A DNA stretch of 64,000 nt from Haplodiscus bocki (Eukaryota), in assembly GCA_965655095.1 (NCBI GenBank), contig OZ296656.1, positions 13,330,001 to 13,394,000 on the forward strand, written 5' to 3'. Position numbers and translations under genes: made by a program. This document shows positions 14,168 through 26,079 of this stretch, one piece after another. A model generated the notes under the pieces. The model did not search any database. It was not told the origin of the DNA and was given only the letters and a program-made list of their open reading frames with translations. How positions within the stretch are numbered: the stretch's first letter is position 1; each line of letters begins with the position of its first letter.

Positions 14168-14739
14168 TGCTGATTTGAGAAAAATGAAAAACACTAGATG
14201 TTGTGATTGTACAAAAACACCAGATGTTGTAGTCGTACAGAAACATCAGATGTTGTGGTTAAATAGCTGAAGTTATAAATAATACAGATGCGTTGAAGAG
14301 CATAGGATTTATTTCGAATGACTTGGAGTTTTTCTGTGATTAGTAGAGAAAGAGATTGAAAAGTAGTAAAAGATAAGAAAAAATTTGGAAGTATGGCTTT
14401 CCGTACCACTCGCGAGGAAAATTTCGTAAAGTTCCTGCGTTTCTTGAGCGTGGAGTTCTGCCAGTACTAGTTGACTGACAGTTGTTGGGATTAATACTAG
14501 AAGTGTGGGGCAAAGGACTAGGTGTAGTCGGCTGACTAGTTATGACTGGTGATTCCGGTTGAAATGAAAGAGGAGTGTGAGGAGATCACTGCGGAATACC
14601 AGAATCAGTTGAACTCGTTGAAAGATTCGGCGTCGAATGGCAACTGTTGTCTTTAACAGGCGACTTAATAGTCGTATCCATTCGTGACGGTACATATGTG
14701 TCAGGAAAACGCGGGAATGATCGTGTATATGTTGTCTTT

Positions 14740-15010
14740 CACCCAACGTGTTTCACTCGCGTGCCATGTCATAGTAGCTTGTAGTGAGTCAAACCGTTCG
14801 GCGACTGGTCCTCGTGAGACATCCAAAAAGCGCTTTCCTTTGGTCGTCATAAACAGTTTGTATGTTATTTTCAATTGTTGCAGGTCTACTGCCTAAAGAG
14901 GAACTAATTTTGTTTTCTAGTAAGCGAATGAACGCTGTCGGGTCTTCACTTGAGTCAATCCCGACAAATTTCTCTAATGCTAAATCTGGATAAGCTACAG
15001 CGTTCGCCAT
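14740..15010 (-). pseudogene. gag N-terminal fragment
   Basis: MANAVAYPDLALEKFVGIDSSEDPTAFIRLLE..., then after a frameshift RGPVAERFDSL (retrotransposon gag L-x-G-x-A-x-x-W-type motif). No RT or IN motifs follow before env. Confidence 0.6.
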
Positions 15011-15490
15011 TTTCTATTTAATAAATTTAATTGTTCCAATTGTGTGCTCACGTTGTGCTCTTTGCGTTTCAAGTTGCTTTAACTTGATTGCACTCTTTTG
15101 TTTATCGGTTAATCACGACATTTTGTTATTAGCTTTTGCAATAACAGTCAAAATTCAGCGTACACTCTTAGACGCACAAAAATGTCTCACTTAAAATGGT
15201 TCTGTTCCTTTGGGTTAGATCCAATTTTTGAGTATCGGAGGTTCTTTACTCCTTTGCAAAAAAAACTATAGTGTCGGAGTTTCGTGGCTCCTTCACAAAA
15301 TGAAATTTTCTTGTTGGGGTTTCTCTGATCCTTCACAATCAATTTTGAAAACAGTAAATTTGGACGCTTCTGCGTATTTAAGCCTTAACACTGAATAATT
15401 CCAAGGCAGCAGGCGAGGTGAATCTTGGGCTTTCCAAATTCTTGCTAAAACCTCACAGGGGTCGTGCAATTTAAGATTCACTCTAGCGAA

Positions 15491-15690
15491 AGAATAAATT
15501 CTTCCACGGAATCCGCACACGCTAATACCGAAGCTAGCGTAGTGGATACAGGTTAGAATCGGGTACCAAGAGTATATTGTGCAAATTAAGGATGACTCTT
15601 GTGTCAGAACAAATCCTTCCACGGAAGCAGCACACGTTAATACCGAAGCTAGCGTTAGTGGATACTGTTTAGACTCAGTACTATAAGTAT
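15491..15690 (-). promoter_or_regulatory. Duplicated 85-bp structured leader element (candidate packaging/dimerisation signal)
   Basis: Copies at 15491-15575 and 15606-15690. The sense strand forms ACGCTA-GC-TTCG-GT-AT-TAGCGT, a cUUCGg hairpin enclosed by TCCAC/GTGGA, between PBS and gag. Confidence 0.5.
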
Positions 15691-15833
15691 GAATTTTGAA
15701 ATATTTGCTTTAAATATTTCAATTTTGCAAGATGGAACCCACTCGGGAAAAAAGATGAAAATTGTATGCTCGGTGTTTTGGTCATACAAATTGCGGAGTG
15801 TTTTTTGTTCTTTGCTCTGGTCGCACCGGATGT

Positions 15834-16322
15834 TGTAAAGCGGGGATTTATGCTAAATTTATTTGCGCATAAGTCTCAAAACAGTTTATGAAAAGAATTT
15901 AATTTTAAAAAAGGTCTTTTACAAATGCTGGAAAATTCCAAGTCATGACCTTTTCTGACTCAGCTGTTTTTATAAATAAATCATAGTGAAAATTCAAGAC
16001 GTTTCGTCAAGTGAATTTCATAGGGTTGTTTAAAGAGAGCAAAGAAGAACTATTGCCCCCTTTATGTTCCGCATAGGATCGTTGCTAATGTTAGATTATT
16101 TTTTTCTCTAGCTCAGGACAGTTGTTGTCACGCGGCTTTTCCCTATTGGCTGAGCGTTGAAAGAATCGTCTTTTGCAATTTTATGCCAGCGCGTTACTAT
16201 TCGCTTGGACAATCTAAATGCTCCGATAGTTCCTCTTCGGATATTATTTCTCTCTAAGTCAATTTCCCCAGATAATCTCCTTTAGGAAAATGAACTGAAT
16301 TAAACGGTAGCGCATTGCTACA
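15834..16322 (-). repeat. 5' LTR
   Basis: Second copy of the LTR, TGTA...TACA; followed on the minus strand by the PBS-like sequence. Confidence 0.9.
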
Positions 16323-17883
16323 TTTCTAAATGTAGTATTCGATTACTTTCTGATAAAAGCAAGTCGTTGAGAATAAATTTTCATCAACCTAGAAAAGTCA
16401 TGGACCAAAGGCAAGAAATTTGAATTAAAATGCCTGAAAAGCCGTTGAAAATGGACCCTGTCAGCTCCAAGTATCAGCAAATGAGATTTATTTTCATAAA
16501 TTCAGCTCAATATCGACCTTAAACTAAAAAGTCCTAAACCCCACGAACCACTCTTGAGCTAGCAAGGATTTTTTCACTGTGACTACAAAATGACTTATTC
16601 GTTTACATGATTCATAATTTGGTTTAAATTTTAAATTAAATGAATCATATAAATTAAATGATAGGCTGAAAATGGTCACAATGTAGCACAGCCTCAAACT
16701 TCCATTTTTCCTAAAACTCCAGTGTTTTCCATGGCTCAAAAAATTTCTAGAGTAGAAATATAAAATATCAACCATGGGCGTTTGCTTGATTAGAGCTATC
16801 TTTAGAATTGAGAGCGGACTCCAAATCTCTTGTCACTTTTTCAAGCCGCTCCGGACCATTTTGATAAAGAGCAAGTTCTTCGCTCTCCGAAACCGCTTCC
16901 TGCCCAATAGATTCTTCCACATGATTGCTGTCTTGGATATATTTTTGGAATCCGTTGCTAGAAGTATTCATATCTTCGAAGTCGCACATGAAGGAATGCA
17001 GATCTTGAAAACTTTTTTTTGGTCTACGAAATCGAAAAGCCCTGAAATAACCGAAACTGGGACAAAAATACAAATCACATTTATTAGGGTATCATTTCAC
17101 TACATTTAAACACGTCTAGCATCATTTGCATTATTCTGCTTCATAACTTTGATGGAATTTTGTTTCACTTGCTGTTTCAACTGTCTTGACAGAATGAAAA
17201 CCATGAAACTTCAAGTTCTGAAGTTGAAAATTTGATGGAAATTAAATTTCAAAAAGGTCAAATCCAGCTGACACTCTGAATGAATTATCATTGAAAAAAA
17301 AATCATTTCTTTTTCAATTCGAAAAACATGGATACGGAAAGTTTTCAAAGCGCTTTTCTTGAATCTTCCCAAAAAGTAATTTCATTCACCCAAAAAGCCT
17401 TTTCTGAATCTCATTTGTCGACTCGATTTCTCCCGGTTTTCTCTTAAACTCGTCTCAAAATCCAAGCGTAAATAATCCGGTTTGAAGACTCACCTAATAT
17501 CACCGCTAACAGCTGACTTTCAGGCAACGGAAATTCATTGTTGATTCAACTCCGATAGTTTCACATTTAAAGGAGAGCATCAAAACCAAAAATGGACAAA
17601 TGACATCAAAATGATTGTTAAGACACTTCCGAAAACGTTCACGAACGAGCACAGCCGAAATCAAAAACACGTATTTTTAAAATATTTACAAAAATGTCTC
17701 TAATTTGACAAAGTTTCGTTAAAAAAGATTTGAGCAAGAAATTTTCGAATTCGGAAGTGAACAAATTATAAAATTGTCCCCGGATTTTCAAATATTGGCG
17801 TCTAAAGAGGCTTCGCGTCGTTGTCTCTCCACTCGCCTGAAACCTATTAAATAAAAGGCTTGATAAAAGAAAAATTTATTTAC

Positions 17884-18274
17884 ACAGAGGCGAAGCTGTG
17901 CTTCGCAAGATTTCCGCCAAAACGAAAACTAATGAATGAATCGACCACATACAACTAATTTTCTGAGGCGCCACGATACCAGAAGGACTACTGATTACAG
18001 GTGTACAGAAACTCAGTTATTTCTTCCACAATTATATACAAGTACGAAAGGCTATAATAATTCATTCACCTGATATTTTAAATAGAAAATACCAATTCTC
18101 AAGCAGCAATGGCACGCTCAGTTGAGCATGCGACAGAAGCTCGAGAAGTCCCAAGTTCGAGCAGAGGCAACTCCCTCCTCTCTTTGGTCAAAATCTAAAA
18201 ACTTGTGCGAGTTGTGAACGGACCGGGAAAAAATGCAGAAGCCTATGATATAACACCTGCTTGGGCAAGTATAA
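17884..18274. mobile_element. ~390-bp dispersed element with internal tRNA-like A/B boxes (Helentron/HINE- or SINE-like), copy 1
   Basis: Homologous to 20137-20517. Internal tggcacgctcagttgagc...gttcgagc; ends gcttgggcaagtataa. Confidence 0.6.
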
Positions 18275-20136
18275 AAATTAAAATAATTTACCGGTCAAAT
18301 TACTCATTCCTGATACTAAATGCACGCCAAAAGTGCATGTTAGGTTTTCCTGCGAATTCGAGCTAGCATTTAAGCAAGCCAAAAAGAAGTTAAGTGCAGT
18401 TTGCTAATTTCTTGCAATTTGATAGATGTTTACTGTCGCACTCTATCTGTGTCCACGACACCTGCAATAGCAAGTGCAACAAAGAGGCGAAACACTGATT
18501 TGCAGAGCTTGCTACACGTTAGGAGCTAACATTTAAACTTTTTCGAGCAACAGTGTTCATGGAAATCACTTTATAGAGGATCAATCTAATCTTAAACAAA
18601 TGGAATTTAAATTAAGAATTTGTATAAAAAATACGAAAAGTGAAATCCCTGGAGCAACCTAAATTAACAAATTGTGAGTAGTGCATTATTTGCGAAAGGA
18701 TGTCATAAGTGACTTCCAAGAGACAATCATAAAAACATCATAGGGGTAGTGGTTATATCAAAACTAACGAAGAACAACAAATTTGAGATTCGAATTGCTG
18801 TTTATTCAAAGTGAGACAGAAGATACCCAGTTAGTCATCAAAACCTTCGAATCCGACTGATCAATGCGTAATATCTCGCATCTGATCATTAGGTTTCCAG
18901 AACAATTTTGATCAATAACGCAACAATTCAAGAAAAACATTTTGAAAGTCAAAAAGAAAAAAAAACGTGAAGCTTTGTACTTTGAAGTAAATGGCACGCA
19001 AAGAAAGCCAAAACTGCCCCTGATGGTAACAGAAGCTTCTCATTATTCACTGATTGAATCAGGACACAAGATAAATGCAACTCCAATGGTTGCCTTGAAC
19101 AATAGCCATTTAAACACGTAGAATAATTCGTTGACTTTCCACATAAACATTTCAGCAAACAATACCAAAAACACCACCCCTTTCTTGCATTGTACAGTTA
19201 ATACGTAGCACGTGTTTAAATATCCTTCAAAGTAGCGCCGGGTGGACGCAATCGGAGCGAGAGTCTAGGAGCATTCGTTTCAGTGAGAGGCGCGAGTAAA
19301 AAAGCCTTTAATTTTCTCAATTACGTGTCACTATACTTTGTAAAAAGTTACAATACTTACCAAATCTGCAACTTGGAAGATGCTCCGGGCAGGGAGTGGT
19401 CGAAAAATCTCTGGACAAACGCAATTGGGCCACTGATCGTCACGAAAATTAGTTAAAATGAACGACTCAAAAAAAATCTATGATTTTTCAATTACAATTC
19501 AAAATTTTTCCCTACCAAAAACCAAGTTCAGCATTCGTTCTACTTTGCGGATGCTCTGGGCAGCAAGTAGTTCAAAACTTTTAAGAGGGACGACATCGGA
19601 TCATTAGAAAATCATTTTAAACGAAAGATGCAAATACAAAATTAATTAAACTTCAAAATATCAAAAACCAAAAAAACTCCATTTGCTCCCAAAAACGCCT
19701 AGAGTGCGACTACTGTTTTACTCAGCACAGCTGACAGCTACCATCTGCTCAATATTTTTTCGATTAGTAGCAATTCCATCAAAAATTTCGGAGAAAAATA
19801 CGTACGAGAACACGCATTTAGAGTTTTCTTAACTTGCTATTACAGGCAAAGTAACTGGCCTATAATCTGTGGTTTGCTCTCTATTTCCACTAGTACTTGA
19901 TTGAAATGCAATGCAGATAAGTAAGCAAGAAAGCTGAAAAATGGGCCACGCGATCGGATTAGCAACAAACAGCGAAAATGAACTCTCGACAAAAATTTAA
20001 GCGAATTGGAGACGCAAGGCAACAAACGAAAGCCGTCGACAAAGCACTTCGTGTCGCTGACTTATCATGCTCAGGTGGAAGAGGTCCAAAAAATAGCTAT
20101 CATCCAGAGCAGCTGATGTAAGGGTCAGCATTTACG

Positions 20137-20517
20137 ACAGAAGCGAAGCTGTGCTTTGCAACACTAACGCCCACGGAATACTAGTGAACAAATTGACTAA
20201 ATATAACTGATCTTTTAAGGGGGCAACGATACTACGAACACTACTAATTACAAGTGTACAGAGACTCGGTTAATTCTTAAACATTTATATACATGTCAGA
20301 AATGCTATGAGATTTTATTCGCTTGACATTCTAAATAAAAACACTGATTCTCAACGACAATGGCAGTCAACGGAGCTCGCGACTGCGGCGGGAACGGTCC
20401 CAGGTTCGAGCCTAGGTCACTCCCTTGCCTCTTTGCTCAAAATTTAACAACTTTTGTCAGTTTTGAACGGATCGGGAAATAAAGACTGTGTTATAACACT
20501 AGCTTGCGCAAGTATAA
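20137..20517. mobile_element. Same element, copy 2
   Basis: acagaagcgaagctgtgc...ggttcgagcc...gcttgcgcaagtataa. Confidence 0.6.
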
Positions 20518-21973
20518 CCATACATTCCCAATCCCTGTTCATTACTCCATGTTAATATCATTTAATCCAGCCTTCATGTTTCTCATGGATTTTGTGTTTA
20601 TTCCACGAACCTGCCTTTCGCTTCCATGAGTTTCATGTGGCTTTATTAAATTCCATTTTTAATTCGATGAATTTCATTTGTATTATCTCCATTTTCTATG
20701 AACTTGATGTTTAAGTTGATTTGATTTTTTCTGAAAGTCGTATTTAATCCTAATGCAGTCACCCCTAATTAACATTGGCGTTTCAGTCGTAATCATTAAT
20801 CCGAAATTCTGTCTCCTAGAAAATTTAACGGTTCCTTCAAAATTCTTCACTTCTTTCAAATAGGAACGAGCCAAGAATGGCCACATTCGGCGCCGAGTAT
20901 AAAGCTTAAAATACTTGTAGGGGTAACCATTGTTGCTGCTAAGTTTGTGTTCGAAAACGTGTATTATCGAGAAAAACAGTATGTTTGGGCAGCTAATAGA
21001 AAGCGTTGGCTGACTGAGATTGTATCTGAGTTCCATCAACCTATTTTCAACATGAAACGTCAAAAGTATACTCACTTTGTCGAACTGGTGTAAAATCAAT
21101 TTATTTTGGCGGTTATTTATCTCGGCAAAAAAATATGCTTCGGGGACAACACGGATATTGAAGTGGCGGATGATCGAGAGATGAGTGGGGGTATCTGAAT
21201 TCTTTTGGTGTTTGCCTTCCGATTATTTCCCAGTTTCTGAAAAGGCGGGGGTATCACAAAATTTTTCCGTCTTTGCTTTTCAAAAAAAGTTCTAGTAGAT
21301 GCAAAGGAGGGTTAACACGAATTTATTTGGAGGTTTCGAAAGCTATGGTACATCAACACCATTAATTCGGCCAAATTTGTAAGATTACGAAAATTGGATG
21401 GATCCGAAGTGAGAAAATTGTCTTCAAAAAAAAATCCGTATAACAACGATAACTTTAATAATACCTCGCTTTTCGTTTTTCCTGCACGATTCGCGTAGCA
21501 TTTTCGAGAAAACTTTGGGCGGATAATCGAGGGCACAGAATTTTTCAGCAAAAAATTGAAAGCGTAGTTCTTGTTAAATTAATTATAGTTAAGATAATTC
21601 CGTTACCACCGATAAGTTTAATTACCCCTCTTTCCGCCAGCATTTTTGCAAGACTTTTGGGTTGTTAACATGGCTGATATTCGAGAGACAGATAATCGAG
21701 GGATAACTGGAGGTACTACGAATATTTCTATATGGTTTTCCGACAAATTGCCATAAGCGGTATTTTCAAACAAGAATCAACTAAACCCTCCCTCAATCGT
21801 CCGCCACCCGATTTTTCACCAACATTCGCGTGTTGACAGACATAATTGGCCAGAAATCGAGTGGCAGATATTCGTAGAAAAACCAGGTACTACGACCATA
21901 GTTTTTGTTTCGGCAGAAAACTAAGTATACTAAAGTTCAGTAATCCCTCGATCTTTCACCACGAGTTGCGTAG

Positions 21974-22580
21974 CATATTGTTGGCGGATGAACGAGCGCA
22001 TATTGTTGGCGGATAAACGAGTACATATTGTTGGCGGATAAACGAGTCAATATTTTTTGGCGGATGAACGAGTGCATAATGTTGGCGGATAAACAAGTGC
22101 ATATTGTTGGCGGATAAACGAATGCATATTGTTTGGCGGATAAACGAGTGCATAATGTTGGCGGATAAACGAGTGCATATTGTTGGCGGATAAACGAGTG
22201 CATATTGTTTGGCGGATAAACGAGTGCATATTGTTGGCGGATAAACGAGTGCATATTGCTTGGCGGATAAACGAGTGCATATTGGCGTATAAACGAGTGC
22301 ATATTGTTGGCGGATAAACGAGTACATATTGTTGGCGGATAAACGAGTCAATATTTTTTGGCGGATGAACGAGTGCGTAATGTTGGCGGATAAACGAGTG
22401 CATATTGTTGGCGGATAAACGAGTGCATATTGTTTGGCGGATAAACGAGTACATATTGTTGGCGGGTAAACGAGTGCATATTGTTTGGCGGATAAACGAG
22501 TATATATTATTGGCGGATAAACGAGTGCATATTGTTTGGCGGATAAACGAGTGCATATTGTTGGCGGATAAACGAGTGCG
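21974..22580. repeat. 25-26 bp minisatellite, 24 units (GCATATTGTTGGCGGATAAACGAGT)
   Basis: 24 GGCGGATAAACGAG cores counted. A variant block at 22021 recurs at 22322 (12-unit higher-order period). Confidence 0.95.
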
Positions 22581-22921
22581 TTGGCAGCATTTTGTTCTTT
22601 CAATTTACGAGATTAAAAAAATACGAAAGAGTTGGTCGGTTCGAAGAGCGTCTCACGAAAAAAATAGTCACTGTAATAGCCGACATTTTTCCTAAAACGC
22701 CGACTAAAAAGGCGTTTAAAAAAAGTCGCTGCTTATATCTTTTTACATTTCCTCCAAGCTGTTTTAGGTTGAATAAAATTGGATAGACGAAAATATATTC
22801 TTTAAAAAGTTGATTATCTCACAGTAATAAACTGTCTAGATAGGAAAAACACACAGTTTAGTCTAGTTTAATTCTCTGACACGGTAGAAATTCAAGTCCG
22901 GGGTAGGAGATTGAAGGGATG

Positions 22922-23164
22922 TCACAAGTTGAAGACGAAACCAGAAATTAAAGCTTCGTTAGCACTAGGAGGTTCGAAGATTCGAACATTTTGAGGGTTG
23001 ATCTGATTCATGACATTGAAAGGCCATCTTCGACTGAAATACACAGATTCCCCCACTATCCAATCGGGATCATCCTTCATTATTTCCGCCTCCACTTCTC
23101 TGGTCTCTTTCAAGTCTCGCAACTGTCTCCGACCTGTCTCGGCAAGCAGCAGAGGATGCATGGC
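22922..23164 (-). CDS. NDUFA13: NDUFA13 (GRIM-19), coding exon 2
   Basis: Acceptor ttcctttttcag|GCC, phase 0. [42 protein letters not shown] matches ALLPLLQAETDRR...EEAIIMKDVPDWKVGESVF of NDUFA13. Joined with exon 1 it gives a 151-aa protein; intron 23165-41047. Confidence 0.92.
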   Translation of the reverse strand, partial: AMHPLLLAETGRRQLRDLKETREVEAEIMKDDPDWIVGESVYFSRRWPFNVMNQINPQNVRIFEPPSANEALISGFVFNL

Positions 23165-23269
23165 CTGAAAAAGGAAAATTTCGAAAGACGAGATATTTTT
23201 GAAACCTACCGAATTAATGTGATATTTAGCCGAACCTGACTCAAGCGAGAAACATAAGCGAGTCGGGGT

Positions 23270-23725
23270 GCCGTTCAACTAGCCGACCGCTCTATTAACC
23301 GACTGTGCTATTGAACAATTCTGCATTTCGCGTATGACTTCCGCTCATCGCTCGGAAATTTTAGTAACCGAATCTCGCTTGCTTAGCCAATAATATTTGA
23401 GAAACACTCGCAATTCGGTTCGTAGAACAATCGATTTAATGAGCCGTCGGCCAGTTGATACGTCACCACATATGATATTTAATTGCTCGCAAAAAAAAAG
23501 AGCTCAGATAGAATCCTATATAAAATGGAGAAAGTGAACCGTGTCTCGGCTTTCAAAACTCTCCAAATTTTTGTGACGTCATTGCCGAAAGACCGAAGCA
23601 AGCAAGTGAATATAGCGAGGCAATAAAATTAATAAAATCAAGTGATGGTGTATCGGCTATGGCGTAATGATGATCATGCCGAATGGAGAAAGCGAGTGAG
23701 TTCATCAAGTCGTCCGCTACATTCA
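23270..23725 (-). repeat. Dispersed repeat, inverted copy of 6378-7980 family
   Basis: For example, tgacgtcattgccgaa...agcaagcaag and cttccgctcatcgctcggaaa match the reverse complements near 6500 and 7890. Confidence 0.65.
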
Positions 23726-26079
23726 CACACCTGCTTTATTTATTCAGCGTGATAATAGTGACTTCGAATAGAAAAAGACTTGAACACATTTTCAAAATAT
23801 TTTGAACAGATTGAAAATTTAATCTGCCGATGTGGTAGAAAGCTTTGCTAATAAATATAGTCATGATTTAAAATAATGCGACTAGACACTAATAAAACGT
23901 CAACTTCAAGCACGAATAGCCTCGGAAACAATTATTTTGGACAAAAAAAGCAGAAGCAAAATTTTCTCAGAAATTTTAGAAGACTATAATTGTGTTGCTT
24001 TGAAAAATTTCCCACAAATGGAGCAAAAATTAGAAAATGCGTTTTTCTGCCGAATTTTTTGTAAAATTCATTACATTAATAAAACTACTTTTGGAATTTT
24101 ATTCAATCGATAAATGCCCCTGACTTTTGTTGATATCATCTGTCGGCGCAAAAGTTTTCAAAAATTTTTCCAGAATCCATCTTGAATCTACTAAAGTTTG
24201 AAAGTCAATGTATTAAAATAGGATGTTAAAATTATACCTTTACTTCCTGCAATTTTTTTAAAAGGAGATGGAAAAAGATGAAAGTTTTGGGGAACAAGCA
24301 AAACCAACAAATTATCCAATTTGTTTCTCGCTATCTTCCGTCATTGTCAAGATTTCTTAGAGAAACTGCCAAAATTATTCAAAGTACGCAATGCTTGCAG
24401 AGTTTATCTACAAAATTTTGGGACGCAATTTTGTATCTCTTTGAAGTACTTGTTTTGGCAAATAAAATAACCATGTGGTAGCCCTTTCAATGGACTTTCT
24501 CACAGTACCTTTGCTTATTCTGATCTCCTACTATTTATTTTTCCACTTAGGATTTTGTAAAGCGTATCAAATTGCTTAGTCGCACAATTTTGAATCATCA
24601 CTGTATAAAAACTAAAGAATTTTAAATCTACCTAATTTTGTAAAGTTCAAGTTTTGTTGGTGAAAAGCAATGGATAAATTAATTAACGTTCAGTGTATCT
24701 TTTCCCATTTCAGTGGAAGAATAGGAAAGTTCTAGAATATACTTTTGCAAATAAATGTCCAAGACGCACTGTTGGAAATCAAAACTTTGCTGCACCCACA
24801 ATTTTGCAGCTGAGCGGATGCGAAATCAGTCATAATTTTGTTTGAAGGGAAATCAAAATTGACAAACAACAAAACATAAAATCAACAAAGCGCTAAATAA
24901 TCGAACACCAAAAAAATTTGAGTGAATGTAGATAGTACGTAACAAAGGCTAGTCTAGAATCGGTCAAATACGCCACCATTGAGGTGCTTTTAAAATGCCA
25001 AACGAAGATTCTATTTCTAGAAAAATTGTGAATTCCAATACTAAATCTTGAAGAAATCACTTATAAAACTCTTTTTCTCAACGAGGTAAAAGGGAACCAA
25101 AAATCCGCTACACAGGAAACTTAGGGAAACACCTACAGAACCCGTCGCTTTAAAAACGCAATTTGTATTTAATGCCACAGTAAAGACCTCAACTTTCTCA
25201 TATAAAAATTCTACCAACAGAAATTTAACACCAAAAATATACGATGATTTAACAAAAAAACAAGATATCACACCTTGATGTGATGGATGCCTGCTATTAC
25301 GAAAAAATGTCGCAAAATTTGATTGATTGATATTCCCAATAGATATGAAAGTCTTCTGTAAATAAATTGGAACTTATTTGATTCGTTTATCAATTTCAGA
25401 AACTGAAAAATTGTCAAAAAGCCTGGAACGGCTCAAGTCGGAGCAGCCGTCCCAAAATATATAGGGGACTGTGTGAGGAAACAAAAAATTGGTTCAATGA
25501 CGTTTCTCTCTCGTTTTCACAGTGGCGCAAATTTAGTAGGGGACTTTCTAGTGGCGCAAAGGGACTCTTTAGTACAATATATACTGCCTGAAAGCCATTG
25601 GTTAAATGTTTGATAAGCCTTTTGTAAAACTTTTTGGTATGTATAAAGAGGTATCATAGGAAAAAAATTTGATACCGTGGTCCAGTTTTTTTTCAAAACA
25701 AGAAAGGATAGTTCTTGCCGCGTTCTTGGTCTTTAGTCCTTAAAAGGAAAAAATTTGAAATGCAGTGTCTCGACACTTCTTCTGTGCGATGGAAAATGAA
25801 GCCGATTTTAACAGTCGGGCTCTTTTTAAGAAGCACCAAATAACAAATCAGGTTTTTGCCGTAGACTGGGGGCTAATCTCCTGAAAGATTACACATGCTC
25901 TTCAAAAGGACTGCAAAACTTTGCCTAACATAGATATCTTGCTGCTCAACCTACGATTGGGACAGAAAATAAACGTGACAGACGCTTACATTCAATCAAA
26001 ACGTGAAAATGACAGTAAACTTATTGGGTTGTAGTGTAAAGGGTAATAAAGACGAACAACGTCAAGAGTTTGAGTTAAT

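Larger units (their letters stand above)
9382..16322 (-). mobile_element. Non-autonomous (pol-deleted) env-bearing LTR retroelement, probably Ty3/Gypsy errantivirus-like
   Basis: ~490-bp diverged direct repeats at 9382-9879 and 15834-16322 with TGTA...TACA/TATA ends. Purine tract (ggggtgag) before the left LTR and PBS-like ccggtgcgacc after the right LTR, both on the minus strand. Flanks tttcta(c)/tttcta(a). Internal gag fragment and glycoprotein. Confidence 0.88.

Noticed and set aside
21974-22580. CRISPR-like look (GCGGATAAAC resembles type I-E repeat ends)
   Set aside because: Units are head-to-tail with no unique spacers, there are no cas genes, and the context is eukaryotic.
21937-22603. 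Three overlapping minus-strand ORFs with repetitive peptides
   Set aside because: Artefact of a 25-bp unit lacking stop codons on that strand.
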